From NCBI GenBank assembly GCA_040954595.2, contig CM082583.2, forward strand, positions 8,728,254 through 8,792,253: a DNA stretch of 64,000 bases, in the 5' to 3' direction. Below, one piece after another: positions 39,216 to 53,800 of this stretch. Under the pieces are notes generated by a model, which worked only from the letters and a program-made list of their open reading frames with translations, did no database searches and was not told the DNA's origin. Position 1 is the first letter of the stretch. Each line of letters opens with the position of its first letter. A program made the translations under genes and the position numbers. Source of the DNA: Balanoglossus misakiensis. Taxonomy: Eukaryota; Animalia; Hemichordata.

Positions 39216-41864
39216 CATATTTCAATGGTGCCGAGAATTAAGTGGCACTGGGATGAATAATCAAGATACAATCCTCAGTACATGTATCGTAATATAATTA
39301 GTTTGGTTCCCATCACAGTCCTGAGGTGACAGCTCTGATTTATGGAAAAAGTAGAATGTGAGCTTATATGTTCGAAGATTATCCATGACAGCAGAAATAC
39401 AATATAGATTTTTTTTCTCTTGGGATGCTCCAAATGAAACCAAATCAGAAAAACGGATAACTACATTTTCACTGGACGAGATGAGTGCATACTCCTGAGA
39501 GATCTCGGCAGATTTTTAGATTGATGAACAACTCGATTCAACCAGATGGTGTTCGCTCTAATCACGGAAACTAGCCAGAAAACTTATAAATTGTGCACTG
39601 TCTGGAAAAAATCGAATCTACACCTGACAATTTGCAATTTTATTAACAGGGATATGTAAATTGGGACTTGTTGAGTACAGAATGAGGAACCGCGAACGGC
39701 AAATGTTACGATTCGTCGCAGATTCACCATCGCTACACAGCAGCCGACAGCTTTGTGTGTACCCATCGTGTTACGTCATTCATTTTGCGGCTTACGTATG
39801 TGAACCCATCATGTTGCGACATTCAATTTACAGCTTACGCGAACACTTTCAGTAGTATCACTATATCAGTGTTTTCCAATTTCCTTAAATGGCATTTTTC
39901 GAACGCCAGTCAATATTATCGATGCTGCCGTGTTTACTATTGGACTTAACGCTCGGTAGAATTTCTTTTCGACGGAAAATACGCATAGCTTAGATTATAC
40001 TTTCTTATTGTACATGTCTCTCGTCTCCCTGGAAATAAAGTGCTTCTGGTCGAAACATCCCTGTAAGTATATTTGCTCGCGATTTACGTAAAACGGAAAC
40101 GTGTAAGGATTCTCAAAATCAGTTTCTCTGAAATATTATCAAAGACATTAAGTAAATGTCACAAATCATATGACATAAGTTTAATGGCTGCCGTGCTTTT
40201 AAGTCGTTCTTTAGATCATGCGAAGTGATTGATTTTAACCATCGAAAGGGTTACCGTGTATGGACAGAATTCAAATTTTTGCATGAGAATTCTCTGACAG
40301 TGTTCCGTATCCGACCTTATATATTTCCCATTTTATGACGCCCAACAGCGACTGTCTGTCCGGCAACAGACTAAAACATTGTGGGTACCCTGAATCATAT
40401 TTACGTTTTACTACATATAGTGCTGCAAGGGTCGGGTGAAACCACCAACCGACAGCAGTTTAGTATTCAGAGCACTTGGCAGTGTGAATTCAGAAAATGA
40501 CTGGTCGAATGGAATAACACATTGAATTAAGTTCTTTTTATTATTGGGTATTGCATGATTTAGGCTGCCATTTGAGAGACATAGTATTTTCCTAGCGGCA
40601 GCCGACAAAGCGAATCAATTAGTACCCCCATATGATGCCATAATGACAACCGTGGGCTATCTAGCACATAGATATAGCGAGAGAGCGACCCGGCGCAAAG
40701 ATCTATATCTAGTAACTGATAATCATCTTTACATGTAATCCTCCCCTACCCAACTTTTTCGGCTTTTTGATAATCGATCTGTTGCGTCATTAGACAGTAG
40801 GTTTTTTCCACTGCGTATGGTTGCGGGCAGTACTGAAATGTGATTTATCCAAGCCATCTTATAAGCTTTACATAAGCCGTGTACAGGTGTGTAAACTAAT
40901 ACCATTGAGAAAAAAACCTGCCGCTTCCGATAAATAAATAATTCGTCATTTCTGTGAGTGTACAAGGCAAACAACAGATGTATTTAATTACAAATTCTTT
41001 AGACTTTAGTATAATGCCATAATTTTGCTCCATACTCAATGCTGTGCATATCCTGTATGCAAAAGATGTTTGAAATGCTTAGTCCAACACAAAGTTTGGA
41101 TACATCCAAAGCACATATGCCGGCCGTGTTCGTATAAACATTTATTTCCGACAAAATACATTTCGAACTGTATGTAATTTTTCCTTTTACTGCCAACACT
41201 ATTTTCAAAGGAAACATAGACAAGACCTCAGTATGAACGAAGCATCATTTAAGCAAGGAAAACCGTCACTGCTACTACGGTCAACGCACAATCAACACAC
41301 AATCACTGTTATCAGTGACCCATCGCCATAGTAAAAATCATGAAGGCATGGATGTAATTCGTAGCTGACCTTACTGCTCGACAAAGTACTGTTTCAATCT
41401 ACTGCTGAGAAAAAGAGGTGTTTCCCTGGAAACCGTCGGTCACGCCCAGTTAATATATTGCATATTGCTTATACAAACGCTCAAGCTGATAAGTACATGT
41501 AACGATATCAAATAACAAGCTGCTGGCATCAGTGAAGACTTGCTTTCTTCTATTGTTAACCATTTTTAATAAAAATTGTCCATATTGCTATGTCACGTGG
41601 GTGATACGCCGCACATAATGTGTGCAGAAAAGGTGTTGAGTGCCGAGTGTCTCTCAGAACTTTCATCTTAAAAGTTGTGTGACGACATATCTCACGGTCT
41701 GGCTGACAGATTTTCTCTGTGATTCCTCTGAACAGGTAACTCTGCCCGACTGATTCTTCCAACAGTGCCGCCCCACAGGCCTTAACACGCATGCCCATAC
41801 TCATTGACGTGAAAGTAAATCGATATAATTTACACAGAACAAAATTCAACAGCGGTCCATTTTT

Positions 41865-44800
41865 TCAGTGGTCGTCTACGCGCCCCGTCGAGATGGCATA
41901 TTTTGTTGATGGCCAGTACACAGCGTTGAAAATTAAAAACGCCACGGGAAACAATATCCTGGAGAGTTTGTCAACTTTTAGAGCGATGCTCGTCCCCGGG
42001 GGCTGATACTGTGACTCCACATCCGGGCCACCGAAGCTAACTTCGCGACTGTTAAGAGTAACCCCCCGGTGATAGGCCACTTGTGTGTGCTCGTTGAAAG
42101 AGGATTTCGCCTGAAAAAAAGAAATAATAGAAACCCTTATTAGTTGGTTGGAAAAATGATGGAAATGCAATTTAATGACTTATTGTTGTTACCGAGTTTG
42201 TATTTTTTATTAAAATTTACTGCAACGAAGTGGAAATGATTTTGAAAGTACTAGTACATTAAATACCTTCTTCAGGCGTTCTTCGGAGCACGTCATATAA
42301 AAATTTACGACTGCGTACTGGAGTAGAGAAGCAACAACAAACACCAGGCATGCTAACATCCACACGTCCATTGCCTGTAGTATTTGAAAAATATTTGTGT
42401 TATGGAAAAGTCAACCCTTTTAGCAGATTTTCGGATAATACAAGATCGGTGTTGGTTGGAAACTAAGGATGATCTTTAATCGTGTCCGGAATAATGTGGA
42501 ATGTTTTCCATATAATTGTTGTTTTTTTATTTCTCCAAATGCATTATAGGACATATCGCACAATGTGTCTCGTGACCGAGTATCTTGGTGACTTGGTTTG
42601 ATACTTTGATGATGCAGTACAGGACTAACCCACTGATGATCTGGGTCACTGTATTTTCGAGATATGTATCGGGAACTCCTATTGGTTACTTACCGTGACG
42701 TAAGAGACCTTAGGCAGCGAAGCGTGCACGCTTATTGCTTGCGTTGTAACAGTCAGTATGATAGTCGTACCGAGGGAGACTCGGGCCGGCGCCGCCTGAG
42801 GGTTTATCCAAAACGATACCCAGGACAGTATGACGAGGAGGATGGTTGGAATAAAGAAGCTTAGCCAGTAATATCCAAGGGATCTGGTGAATGTAAAACG
42901 AGCTTCCAAACAGGAAAAGTTGCCTGGCGATAAAAAAAGCAAGACGTCACGAGGCATTTAATTATTGATATTCCGGCAAATGATCATATTCACGAACCCC
43001 TAAGGATTGCACGTTCTACAAAATGTGGGAGTAATTAAGCATATTACTTTTGTAAAATCCAAAGGAGTATTAGAGGAAAGGCTCAGTCTGTCTGCCTATC
43101 TGCCAGCATGTCTGTAAGTTTAACAAAAGACCAACTACCAACATGTGTTTAAATATGATTTAAATATGATGCACGAATTTGTGAGGTAGGGGCCTACCGC
43201 AGTACAAGTAATAATATAAATCCATGGCGCTAACAGTAATATTAATGATCAGGAAGCAAATAATGTCAGAAACATTGGTGGTAGACAAATAGCACACAAT
43301 CTGACTATTCCATGAAAGAAATCCGGAAAATTTATCTGTAGATAATATTCGATCGACGCCCGTTTTGCAATACGTCTCTCTCTCTATAATTGCTATTCAA
43401 CTGCAAGTTTACATTTCATGGGTCACGCTTATCTGCAGTCGATTTGGAAGAACCGACGTGTTCAACAGTGACTGGTGCGTAACAGCACATATTACGACGG
43501 CTTCGGTGCATTAAACAGGAGGTAATGAAACGCTTCCGTAGAGCGTAGAGGCATCTTCTCCCCGGGCTTGACAATTTCCTCGACCACGACAGCACGAGTG
43601 TGTGCCAATTACCCCTGCTAAATTCACCCACTTGTCTGGGAGAAAGGTCAATATGGCGGAAAACTGCAATCAGGGTTCCACCGTTGGTGTAAAATCGACT
43701 CATTCCGCGTTATTTCCAACTGAGGCATTTCGCCACCTATCGTTTTGTACGTAATTGCACGATTCTCCACAAGCAAATCCTTACCTGTATAATAAGTTTT
43801 GTCGCACCTGAATGTCTGGTAACTGGTGAGCGTGAATTGCTGCAAATGCAGGTTATGTGGAAGTTCTATTGCAGCCTCTTCTCTCCAGACAAACCTCATT
43901 TCATCGACTGAGTAACCATCTGCAATGGACAAATTGTAGAACATTCCTTTCAATCTTAACGAAGAGTGAAAATACAAGAGAGCAGAAAGATAAACCGACG
44001 TTGACTTGATTAGATATTGCCAAGGAATCAGATTAAGGGTGCCTTTAACTCATTGAGTCGGAAAACTCCGGGATTTGATTATTGAATTGCATATAATGGC
44101 TTTCTGTAAAAGCCACCTTCGTTTGTTTCTGGTCGTAATTTCGTAGTGTTGGCAGTGGCTACCTTTTAATGACCAAATCGATGAATAAAAAAAACATGTC
44201 AAGTACTACTTCGAATTCAAATCGTACAATCCGTCGCCTAAATGATTCGCTCGCTAAAGAGACAACGACCAGAAACGTTCTCCAATGTATGCTTAATTAC
44301 ACAAGATGTCTTCAGTGCTGATTGCATTTGAAGCATGGTTCTTCAGAAGTTGGGATGTCGATCGATAATAAGAAACTCAATCTACGGAGGCAGCTGAGCT
44401 GCTGCAAACCCAATTGAATGACCTGTTCTTGCACCATTCTGTGAATGCAAGACAGCCAACTTTACATTTACACTTCCAGAAAGAAAGAATTGAGTTCTTG
44501 ACTTACAACTTTCCAGCTGGATTCCGCAAACTTGTTCGTCCATCGGGAATTTTCCAAACGTCATATAACAAGCAAGGGTCAGGCTGACTCTGTAACATAC
44601 AATGGGTAACATGGTATATTAGACCCAAGCCATGACAATAACTTATATTAACGCATTAGTTTTGGAAGTTTTCGTGTGTGTTATCTCCCACGTCGTTATA
44701 TTTTTCAAAAGGTTTTTAAAGTGCCCATGATGTGCTACAGTAAACTTTACGGCTGACATACTGTTTTTATAGCGTGAACTGTAAAGAGCGAGTGAAAAAT

Positions 44801-47800
44801 AAATATCAAGATCTCAGGTGAGATTCTTGTCCGTAACTAGCTGTACTGATTTGGGAGATAATGCCATAATGGGACGGTAATGGGACGGCATAGAAGTTCC
44901 CGCGAATACAATCATCTCACATTATAAAGGCAGCGCCGACGCTACTTAAATCTCATGGTGCCGTTTAGCGGCATCTCCCGAGCGAGGACATTTCCCAAAG
45001 TGGCAGTTTTTCCGCTTATCAGCGCAAGACCCAATCTCAGTTGGAAGGCGTTCTTCAAATAATCGCTATCAGCAATGTTTCTCCGTGGACTAATTACCAG
45101 TTGTGTCTAAAATTTGGATGCCGTTGCTTTTTTTGCAACCGCTTCTGCCTCTTTACGGTGTGCATATGGTTGTCAAATCTTTAAGCTTAAAGGTCTCTCA
45201 CTGTCTCCCTATCTCTGCTATTAAAGGCCCGACGACCGTCTTATGCGCATGTGCGTAATTTCGTGCACGCGTACACGTACAAACATTACGTCCAGTCAAA
45301 ATGTTCTGCAAATTTTGCGTTCGACGCCTTCAAATAGTGGACTGCCTTCAAGTTGGCTTCCTTCCATATTTAATGCGCACCATGTAAGTAGACTTTAGTT
45401 TTGTCCCTTTCTTTCCCCCAATTTGCTGTCTTTTCCCGATCTCTGACACAGGCTATGGGCGCCGCCATCTTGTATGATGTCAGGACAGCACGCTGTCATA
45501 TGGCATTGACTGTATCCATTTTTTGTAATCAGAGTCTCTGGTTCGGCACATGCGCATAAGACGATCACTGCCCTTTAAAGGTGATCATCAAAGCGGAAGC
45601 GTTTGGATAAGGCTGTGACGATCTACGTGTACCGTGAACAAAACGTTCTCAGTGTTAAATGCTTGTCGCCATGACCACTCGTACGGCCTATATGCAAGTC
45701 ATGTTCTGTGAGTGCAAATAGCATGTAACGCCGATCGATGGGGATCTGACACATAAAGCCATTTAAAAGTAAGAGGGAAGGGCCTATTAAAACGGAAAAC
45801 CGCTGTACGAAGTGCCCATTAATGGATCGAGCTACAATGTACTACGTTCTGTTCGAAGACAACCGAAACGAAAGGTGCATGCACGCCGACGATCGTGCTT
45901 CATCAGTGACGTCACCGTGACAGCCAGACAAAATGCAATTTTGTTCTAAAGTCTTATTTATTAACCAGGGCGTTTTTAAAAACAGGGCAGGAGTATCTTA
46001 ATTACCTCATACTATAGAGTATATCGCCATTTGGTTTGAAGCGCAACATGACATTGTCCACCGTCTGGTCGTGGAAGTGGGCGGATTTTTCGTTGGTGAA
46101 AAACAGGTCCGGAATCCAGATTTTGTCCAGCAAAGTGGAGGAAGGCGGAATATGCTGCGATGAAGCGTCGTACTTGAGTCGCGGGTCATTCCACTGCTGA
46201 CGCAGAAATAGAGTAACGCCATAGTCCTGTAATTAAAAGTATAATTTCTCGAGTTAAAACTTACCCCTCGCCCGCTATGTCGCACATGCATGACGTGCTT
46301 TACATGGTCGTATTTTGTGAATAATGGTTTAGTATATTGTAAATGGTTATTTCTGAAACCTATATATAAGGTTAATCTTGATAGAATAGTGCAAAAATGA
46401 CTTTGTTCAAAATGACAAATATTTTAACGCAATATTCAATAACCGCCTGGAACTTATCACACGAAGGAGAAATGAATCTACAAGTTTATCTGAACCGCTT
46501 CGAAGACAAGCATCATGCCGTATTTTCTAGCCATTCCAACTTGGAGGGTTACCCTGTTCGACTTTTCACATACCCGCAACCTTTTCAGTGTAACACTCCG
46601 CGGTTTTCAACTCAGGCTTCTGGGCAGGCATTCAATTTAATGCGAACATTCTCTTCCAGGGGGCACAATATTTAAAACCTAATCACATGAGATTGTCACC
46701 CATTAACTCTAACTAAACCATGACACAAAAAATACAATTTCATAAACAGGATTTTAATACCAGTAAAAGCCCCGCAGTTATAAAGTTGGAGCCATTGTAG
46801 CGACTTGTGTACCTCTTAACTGAAGTTTCGCAAGCAAATTACCTCTCAGTGCAATCAAAACTTTGCATATTTAATGCAATTCAAATTAAAGTACGTGTTA
46901 TCCTACGGGTAAGGTTATTTCTAGTAACGGGAGAAAACTCTGTGATATTCTTGCCCGCAATAGAAGCGTTTACTATTTCACAGCGTGGGGCATTCACCTT
47001 CCCAAAGGAAACGCAAATGAGATAAGACTAGTTCAGTTTTTATTTCTAAATTTTTTGACCAAGTGAAGTGGGAGTAATTTGGCCAAATTATATGGGGTTT
47101 GTATGTGCAAATCCTCATCACTATTGGCCATGTGTGACGTCTAGGTACGAAATTGCATTGGCAATTACATGTATGTGTCTGTTACATGCAGTTCCCACTA
47201 GATGAGGTATAACGGACTGAAGATTTTCTTCCTTCGTCGATCTTTTAAAAACACCATTTTGATGAACGTATTACTGCATTTTCAAGAGACCTTGATTGAA
47301 CGCCACTTTAGAATTTGCTAAAACCACCCAAGATAATGATGTTATCTGTCCTTTACTTGGACTAGTACCTGTTAACTGCGGAATCCGTTAACGAGCATTA
47401 TCAGCAAGCCTCGGGGTATACAGTCCCTCTTAGTGTATACTTCCAATTGCGCTAAGTACATGCTGAATGAGCCGGTCGTTAAGTTCGAATGATTACAGCC
47501 AAGCCTCTCACTGATACTAAATGCGGTTCCGTTGGTTTCTCATGAAGCCGTCTTAAGCCCAGCTCTGATTTTCCTGGCTGACTTCAATTATATTCCATAC
47601 CTCTCGGTGGTACTTCAAACGTGGAATCACTTCTCCGCTTAAAAAAACAACAACGATATGCCCTAGGCTTTTTATGAAGAAACACACACATGTGCCATCT
47701 GATCAAGTTAATTCTCAAATGTTTCTCTTGGAAAAACTGGCGAGGATATTAATTTTATATTATTTTGCGAGTAAATCCTAAAATTTACCAGGTACTCTCC

Positions 47801-50800
47801 CGAAGCAAATTAAGCGATAATAAACTAATACCTGATTTAAAGTTTACGCGTATGTGCGGATTTTAACAGATGTACCCAGGTGCACGTATTTGAAATAAAA
47901 TTAAACAAACCCCACATTTACAACACCTCGAGAGTTTTCCGTGTAATTGACATCTGCTAGATCGGAAATTGCACCGATCGCGCGTTGATATCCACCCCTC
48001 CGGGAAATCATGCAACGTTTTCGAGGAAGTCATGGAAACGAGCGTCTTACTTGAACAGTGTCACGCAACAGAAAAATGCGACTAGACGACTAATTATCCA
48101 CGTATTCCTTTTTGCCCATGCCATGTAAAAAAATTGATCATCGATTTATGGATGTGTGCCACGGATCCGTAGATGCGATAAAGAATTGGGCATTATATAA
48201 AGAGCGCCAGCAAAGTATTTCCCGAAATCAATCAACTTCTCACACGGAGTCTACAGTGGGCTCATAAAGACGCGTAATCTCAAACCAGCCATGTATGATT
48301 TGTCGTTCGATGTGACGTGCATGATGTATCGACGTGATTTTCACTGATAACCTCCTATGACTTCGGTGAATATGGCTCTATACGCAGTGGATATTGTCCC
48401 AAAGAAAGGTATTTCCATGGCATTATTATGCAAACAACATGTCAAACAGGCATGCTGACTTTGCAAGCCATTCCAACTTGGAGGGTTACCCTGTTCTACT
48501 TTTCACATACCCGCAACCTTTTCAGTGTAATACTCCGCGGTTTTCATATCAGGCTTCTGGGCAGGCATTCAATTTAATGCGAACATTCTCTTCCGGGGGC
48601 ATAATATTAAAAAGCTATTAAATGCGAAATGTAACCCCGGCCATTAACCCTGACCATTCCACTACACTCTTAAAGTTCGCAAGAATGTACCTCTCAGTGC
48701 AGCTGTAGTCATAACTTTGCATATTTAATTAACGTCAAAGTACGTGTTATCCTACGGGTCATGTAATTACTAGTAGTGGGACATAAGAGAAAATAGTTTC
48801 GTGGTACTGTCATTGTAGGATTGTTGGATTAATCCCGTAATCTGACACAAACTGCTTCACATATGACGCAAAATGACGCCTTCTGTGCATCATGAGTTCA
48901 TGACATTATCCCATCAAACGTGGTCACGCCGTCTTTTTATTGTATGGGATTAGCCATTAGCCATGCAAAATGTTCATGTGCTTTGTGGCAGGTTGAGCGA
49001 AATATTTTAAACATAATATGCCGAAGCTGTTGAAAAAGAGACAGCATTCCTTTCAAATTCATTTGCGTTTCCGCATTTCAAATTACAAATGGCGAACCGT
49101 TGGTCATATATGTCAGTGAAATATACGTTCTGGTTTGTTAATTCTCGATGGAATTATCCCCTTATATATCAAGTTTATCAAATATGCCTGATTCACCTAT
49201 CGATCTTCCACCGGCAACAGCTTTTTGCGATGGTCCTATTTTTCAATGTCATTCATAAAACCCGCTGTCTTTGTTTGAGGAGAATTCGTTCTAAATGACA
49301 CATTTTCTGTATCGAGTACCGAACGTATGGTTTGTACTGTTCAAATGCTTCATTTCATCAGTTGGACGATAGACGTATGCGATATTCCACACGAGATTTG
49401 AGGCCAACGATAAACATGTAAAAGCTCAGCTGATGATTCATTCAAAGGACGTCGAACACTCTTGCGGAGAACAGCTGTTAACATTTGATTAATATTTTGA
49501 TATAAACTAGCGCTTACACAAATCCTTTCTAGGCCATGAGTGTAAAGATATTTTTGCGTGCGTTAGCCCCGGTCGTTATATCTTGAAAATCTCGGTTTGT
49601 TAAGGGCATGAGTTCTACCGCAAGAACTAAACTCGTTCTCCACTAGGGAAACATTATAACGCCGAGGGAATAGACTACCCTTTAAGTCTGAATGAAAACG
49701 TTGCCAATAATGGTATTTTTATGCTAGTTTAATGGAAAACAACATTACCTGTTATCGATAAATGCATATGCGCCAAACATTCTACGCACGTTGAACGTTC
49801 GACTGTAAGCGTCGCAGGTGTATTTTCTCATTTTCGCCGCATGCCGACTATCTGTAGCTTCTCGCTATTTTTAGTAGACCTATTCTCGTTTTGTATATCA
49901 AACATTTTTCCCATCCCCTCCTTAGAATAAAGGAATAACAGAATATAAAGGTCTCCCAGGCATAATTAAAATGTCAAACGTGACCGAAATGGCCCAAGTT
50001 CCTGTCAGTTTGTATTGGAATGGAAATAAATGCCTATAACCAGTGAACGTGGAAATAACAGTTGTAAGAGTACGGCGTCAAGGCTTGATCAAAGGAAGAT
50101 TGCGTTCACAAATCAAGTTGAAACGAGTTCAGCCTGTTCGGAGATGACAATCATTAATTTTGTGTACGTGACCTGACATGAACTCGTGCCTTCCCAGCGC
50201 TACATAGCATCGCCCAGGCAACGGAAACGGAAGTGAAGACCTACCATCGTCAGCTCAGCCACGCTGTCGATTCTGCTGAAGAACAAATCGACTGAAACCA
50301 CGCTCGTCGGACCTGCAAAAATCAAAACGATTAGATCAGTCTGTTTTTAATTAAGAAGCTTAATCAGGGAACAGTCACTCCACATGCACGAGTAAAATAG
50401 ACCCGTCTCCGAGCTCCACGAGACCGTGCGAGATCTCGCGTGTCTATACAGTTTATGGGTGAAAAATAAAAACATTCATAACCAAAGTCGTTATGAATAA
50501 ATGAATAAATAAATCATGAAACACTTCATGGGGTAATTATGGAAAAGGTGTTGATTCGAAAGCGATGACAAAATTGAATGCAAAGGTTATGATCTTTCCC
50601 AGAAACCCCTGAGGCTTATGTGTCAGAGCGCGCCAAAGCGGTATAAGGTGGTTAATTTTTTATGATGCCACATGAAAGAGCATCACGTTACATCGTGGCG
50701 ACTAAGCTTAAATACAGTTTAAATAGTTCTCACATCGGTCAATTATTCCCCAGAGTCAGTAATCACATACTGTATTATGGCAAGTGTCTGCAAACCCTTG

Positions 50801-53800
50801 GGCATGTAGTAAAATGTGCAGATTGCTCTGTATTTCACTGCATCTCTTCTCGTCGTCTATGTAATTTGATACTCACAATAGGTCACCAGTCATTGAGGTC
50901 TGCCTGATTTAAAGCATCATCCCATCGTTATATGAGCTGTTGGGAACTATTGTTTGGATTAATGCCGTTGTGCATCAATTTGTGTCACTGAGTTTCAAAA
51001 TCGCCGCATTCAAATTTATACCCCGGAGACTTTGATTGTACACATGCATCACTACACGTGCTGGGGGCAGGTTTGCTCACTATTTTCGAAACAGCTGGTT
51101 ATTCTGCCAGAGATCCCTATAAATTTCACTGGCGGATTCGATTGTTTGGTTATTATGTGCACAATATGTCGTTTGCTGTATGTTCAGTACTGCAACCGGA
51201 CAAGGCTACGCACATAAATGGATGAGGTATTCGTATCGATGGTACGGATGACCTATTAGTCATTTTGGAGCCACAATCTTGTTGAGCGCAAGATGCATCA
51301 GCGGCAGGCGTTTCTAAAAATGATGCCGCCATCGCAAGTAGGCTCCACTAAAGAGCAGCCGTGGGTGTCTGATAAAATTGAACTGTTGACGTATCAATCA
51401 GAAAGTCCTAATGGGTTTATGTTTGACGGAAGACGTTCATTTTTTTTATCAATCCATTAGCGGTATTTCCAAATCGGTATAGTAGGCAGACGAGCAGTAT
51501 CGTCATACAAGACGATCTTAATTTCCTGAAAGTCTCGGCTGTACTTGCGCAACATAAGAACCTCGATCGAGAGATAGTGTTGAAGAGTGCCGCTATAAGA
51601 AACGGTGTACGTCGTGCATTTTTAAACATCTTTGCACGTCTCATGAAACCCATGGAGAAATTCTGAACATGATACACAGTAAACATTTGGAGAGCTCTTA
51701 ATATTATCAATTATTCATGTGCGCGAATTGTTAAATCAATCACGTAGTTTAATATCATGTGCGTGTACCTTACGTTACAGAACAATATGGAACCCTGTCA
51801 CGTGTTACTAGTATATCTTTGTGTGTTATTGCCGACTCGCCCGTTGTTCAATAGACGTAGCATAAATCGCCCGCGCACGAGGAAGTTGGCTGAGCAAGGT
51901 TGCTCGGCCGACTTTTAGCTGAGCTAATTTCTCCCATGAGCAGCAGCCTTTACTCTAACTGGTGGATGGGAAATATCCCGGCTGCACATATCCAGAGGAC
52001 GGCAAATATCCGTAGGATAAACGTTCTGATACCAAGGAAATATTGATTATCCACTCAGCTGGATTAGGCGCAGTAATGGGAGGATTTAACATTCTGTCAA
52101 ACGCGCTCACAAGAAGTTGAAGCCGGATGACTAAGTAGAATAGCGGGATTGCTTTTCTGGGATGTTATTTATGGTTACAATATAGGTAAACGCAACTTTG
52201 TTGTAAAATACTCGCATCCAGTGACTGAATCTGACTGAACTTAAACCAGACCTCAAGATTAAGCATGTAAATCCGTCTACATGAACTGACACCCGCCGTT
52301 TCAGCGGGGAGAGTGATGTGAGGTGAAATGAGTGGTGCCCATACCCAACCGTGACATTTCGTCCACATCGTATGAACTGACTTAGTTCATTTACCATGGG
52401 TTGATTAGAATAAGTGATACAAGTTAAGACTCATGTAACTTTTGCTCGCGTCGTAAATTATGTTTTCCCCTCTCGGGGGTTTCCGTGAAAAGTCGCTGAG
52501 TTCACTTCCACGTATCATTAACAGTTACAATTCAAGGAAAACTTATGCTTCGACAGCCACAGTGCATGGCTGCCGGCTCCTGACAACGTGAGGGATCTTT
52601 CTCCATTTTTACAACAACGGACAAAAACAGGGGCGACATCCCAATAACAAGTTTGGGGCAACCGTCATCAATTGCGGATTGCGGAGAGGAGCATGTTTTT
52701 GCCTTGCTCGATTATTTCATCAAACTCATTAAAACAATAATCCTCCTTTAGAAAATAATAAGATTATAATTTCCGAAATATCTTGTTCGCTTGAATTCAC
52801 AGTGACTAATTCGACCCTCACCGAATTAAAAAAAAAACATTCCATTTTCGTAACGACAGCGACATCAGCTGTCGCAAACATTTCTGGCTATTGGAATACC
52901 ACAATACCCCACTTATTTAGGTCACATTGCATTGCATTGTAAAAATAAGTCTGGCGGATGAACCGACTCATTGTGTATGCTGGACAATGCGCGAAGACAT
53001 AAGCTAATTAATGGTGATTTAATCTTTTTTGTTGTAATATGTAAATTCAATTAGCCTGTTCAGCGCCAGAGAGTGTTTTATTAGGCAACGCGGGCATTCA
53101 CCCGAAAATATCCCAGATGTCTTTACCTGATAAGATTAATTCAGTGACCCGATAAATGTGCCATTATATTGTGTTCAATCTTCGACAATACATGTAGATG
53201 TTCCTAGTTTCCTGATCATACTTCGTAAGTCTAATTTTTTTCGTGTGTCGTGTTTTCAAAATGTTGCTAGAAATACTGTATAGATGTGTGTCCCAATCTC
53301 AATATTTTCAGCGGTGGTAAACACACATCCACATATGCAAATTAGTTAAATACTTCCTTCAGCAGAATCAGAATCAACGACACATCGTTTGTAAGCGCCA
53401 TTATCACACTCACAGGAAAGTCCCAACCAATCTCTCGCAAAGCGCAATTATAACGCTGACAAATATTCTTCTGCAGCTGTGGACACAATAAGATGTGGCA
53501 AGTCGCAAATGAATTAATGAGCAGGAAAGTGATTAAAATTGACATCCTAATTGCATTGGTTGATTCTATTTGTCTTTTCAATCACGAATTAGCCAAGGAG
53601 AACTGACGTTTTTCATATTTTACGTGTAATTTTCAACGGGGTTCCAGTATACAAAGAGAAAAACAGTAACAAAATCGCAATACAGAGGGTTTTTTAATTT
53701 CGAGAAAAAAGGTAAAATTATAAGTGAGAAAAAGAGCAGTATTTCTTTATAGGACAGCTGTACGCACAGCCGCATTTACATTCAAGCGGAGTCATGTGGT

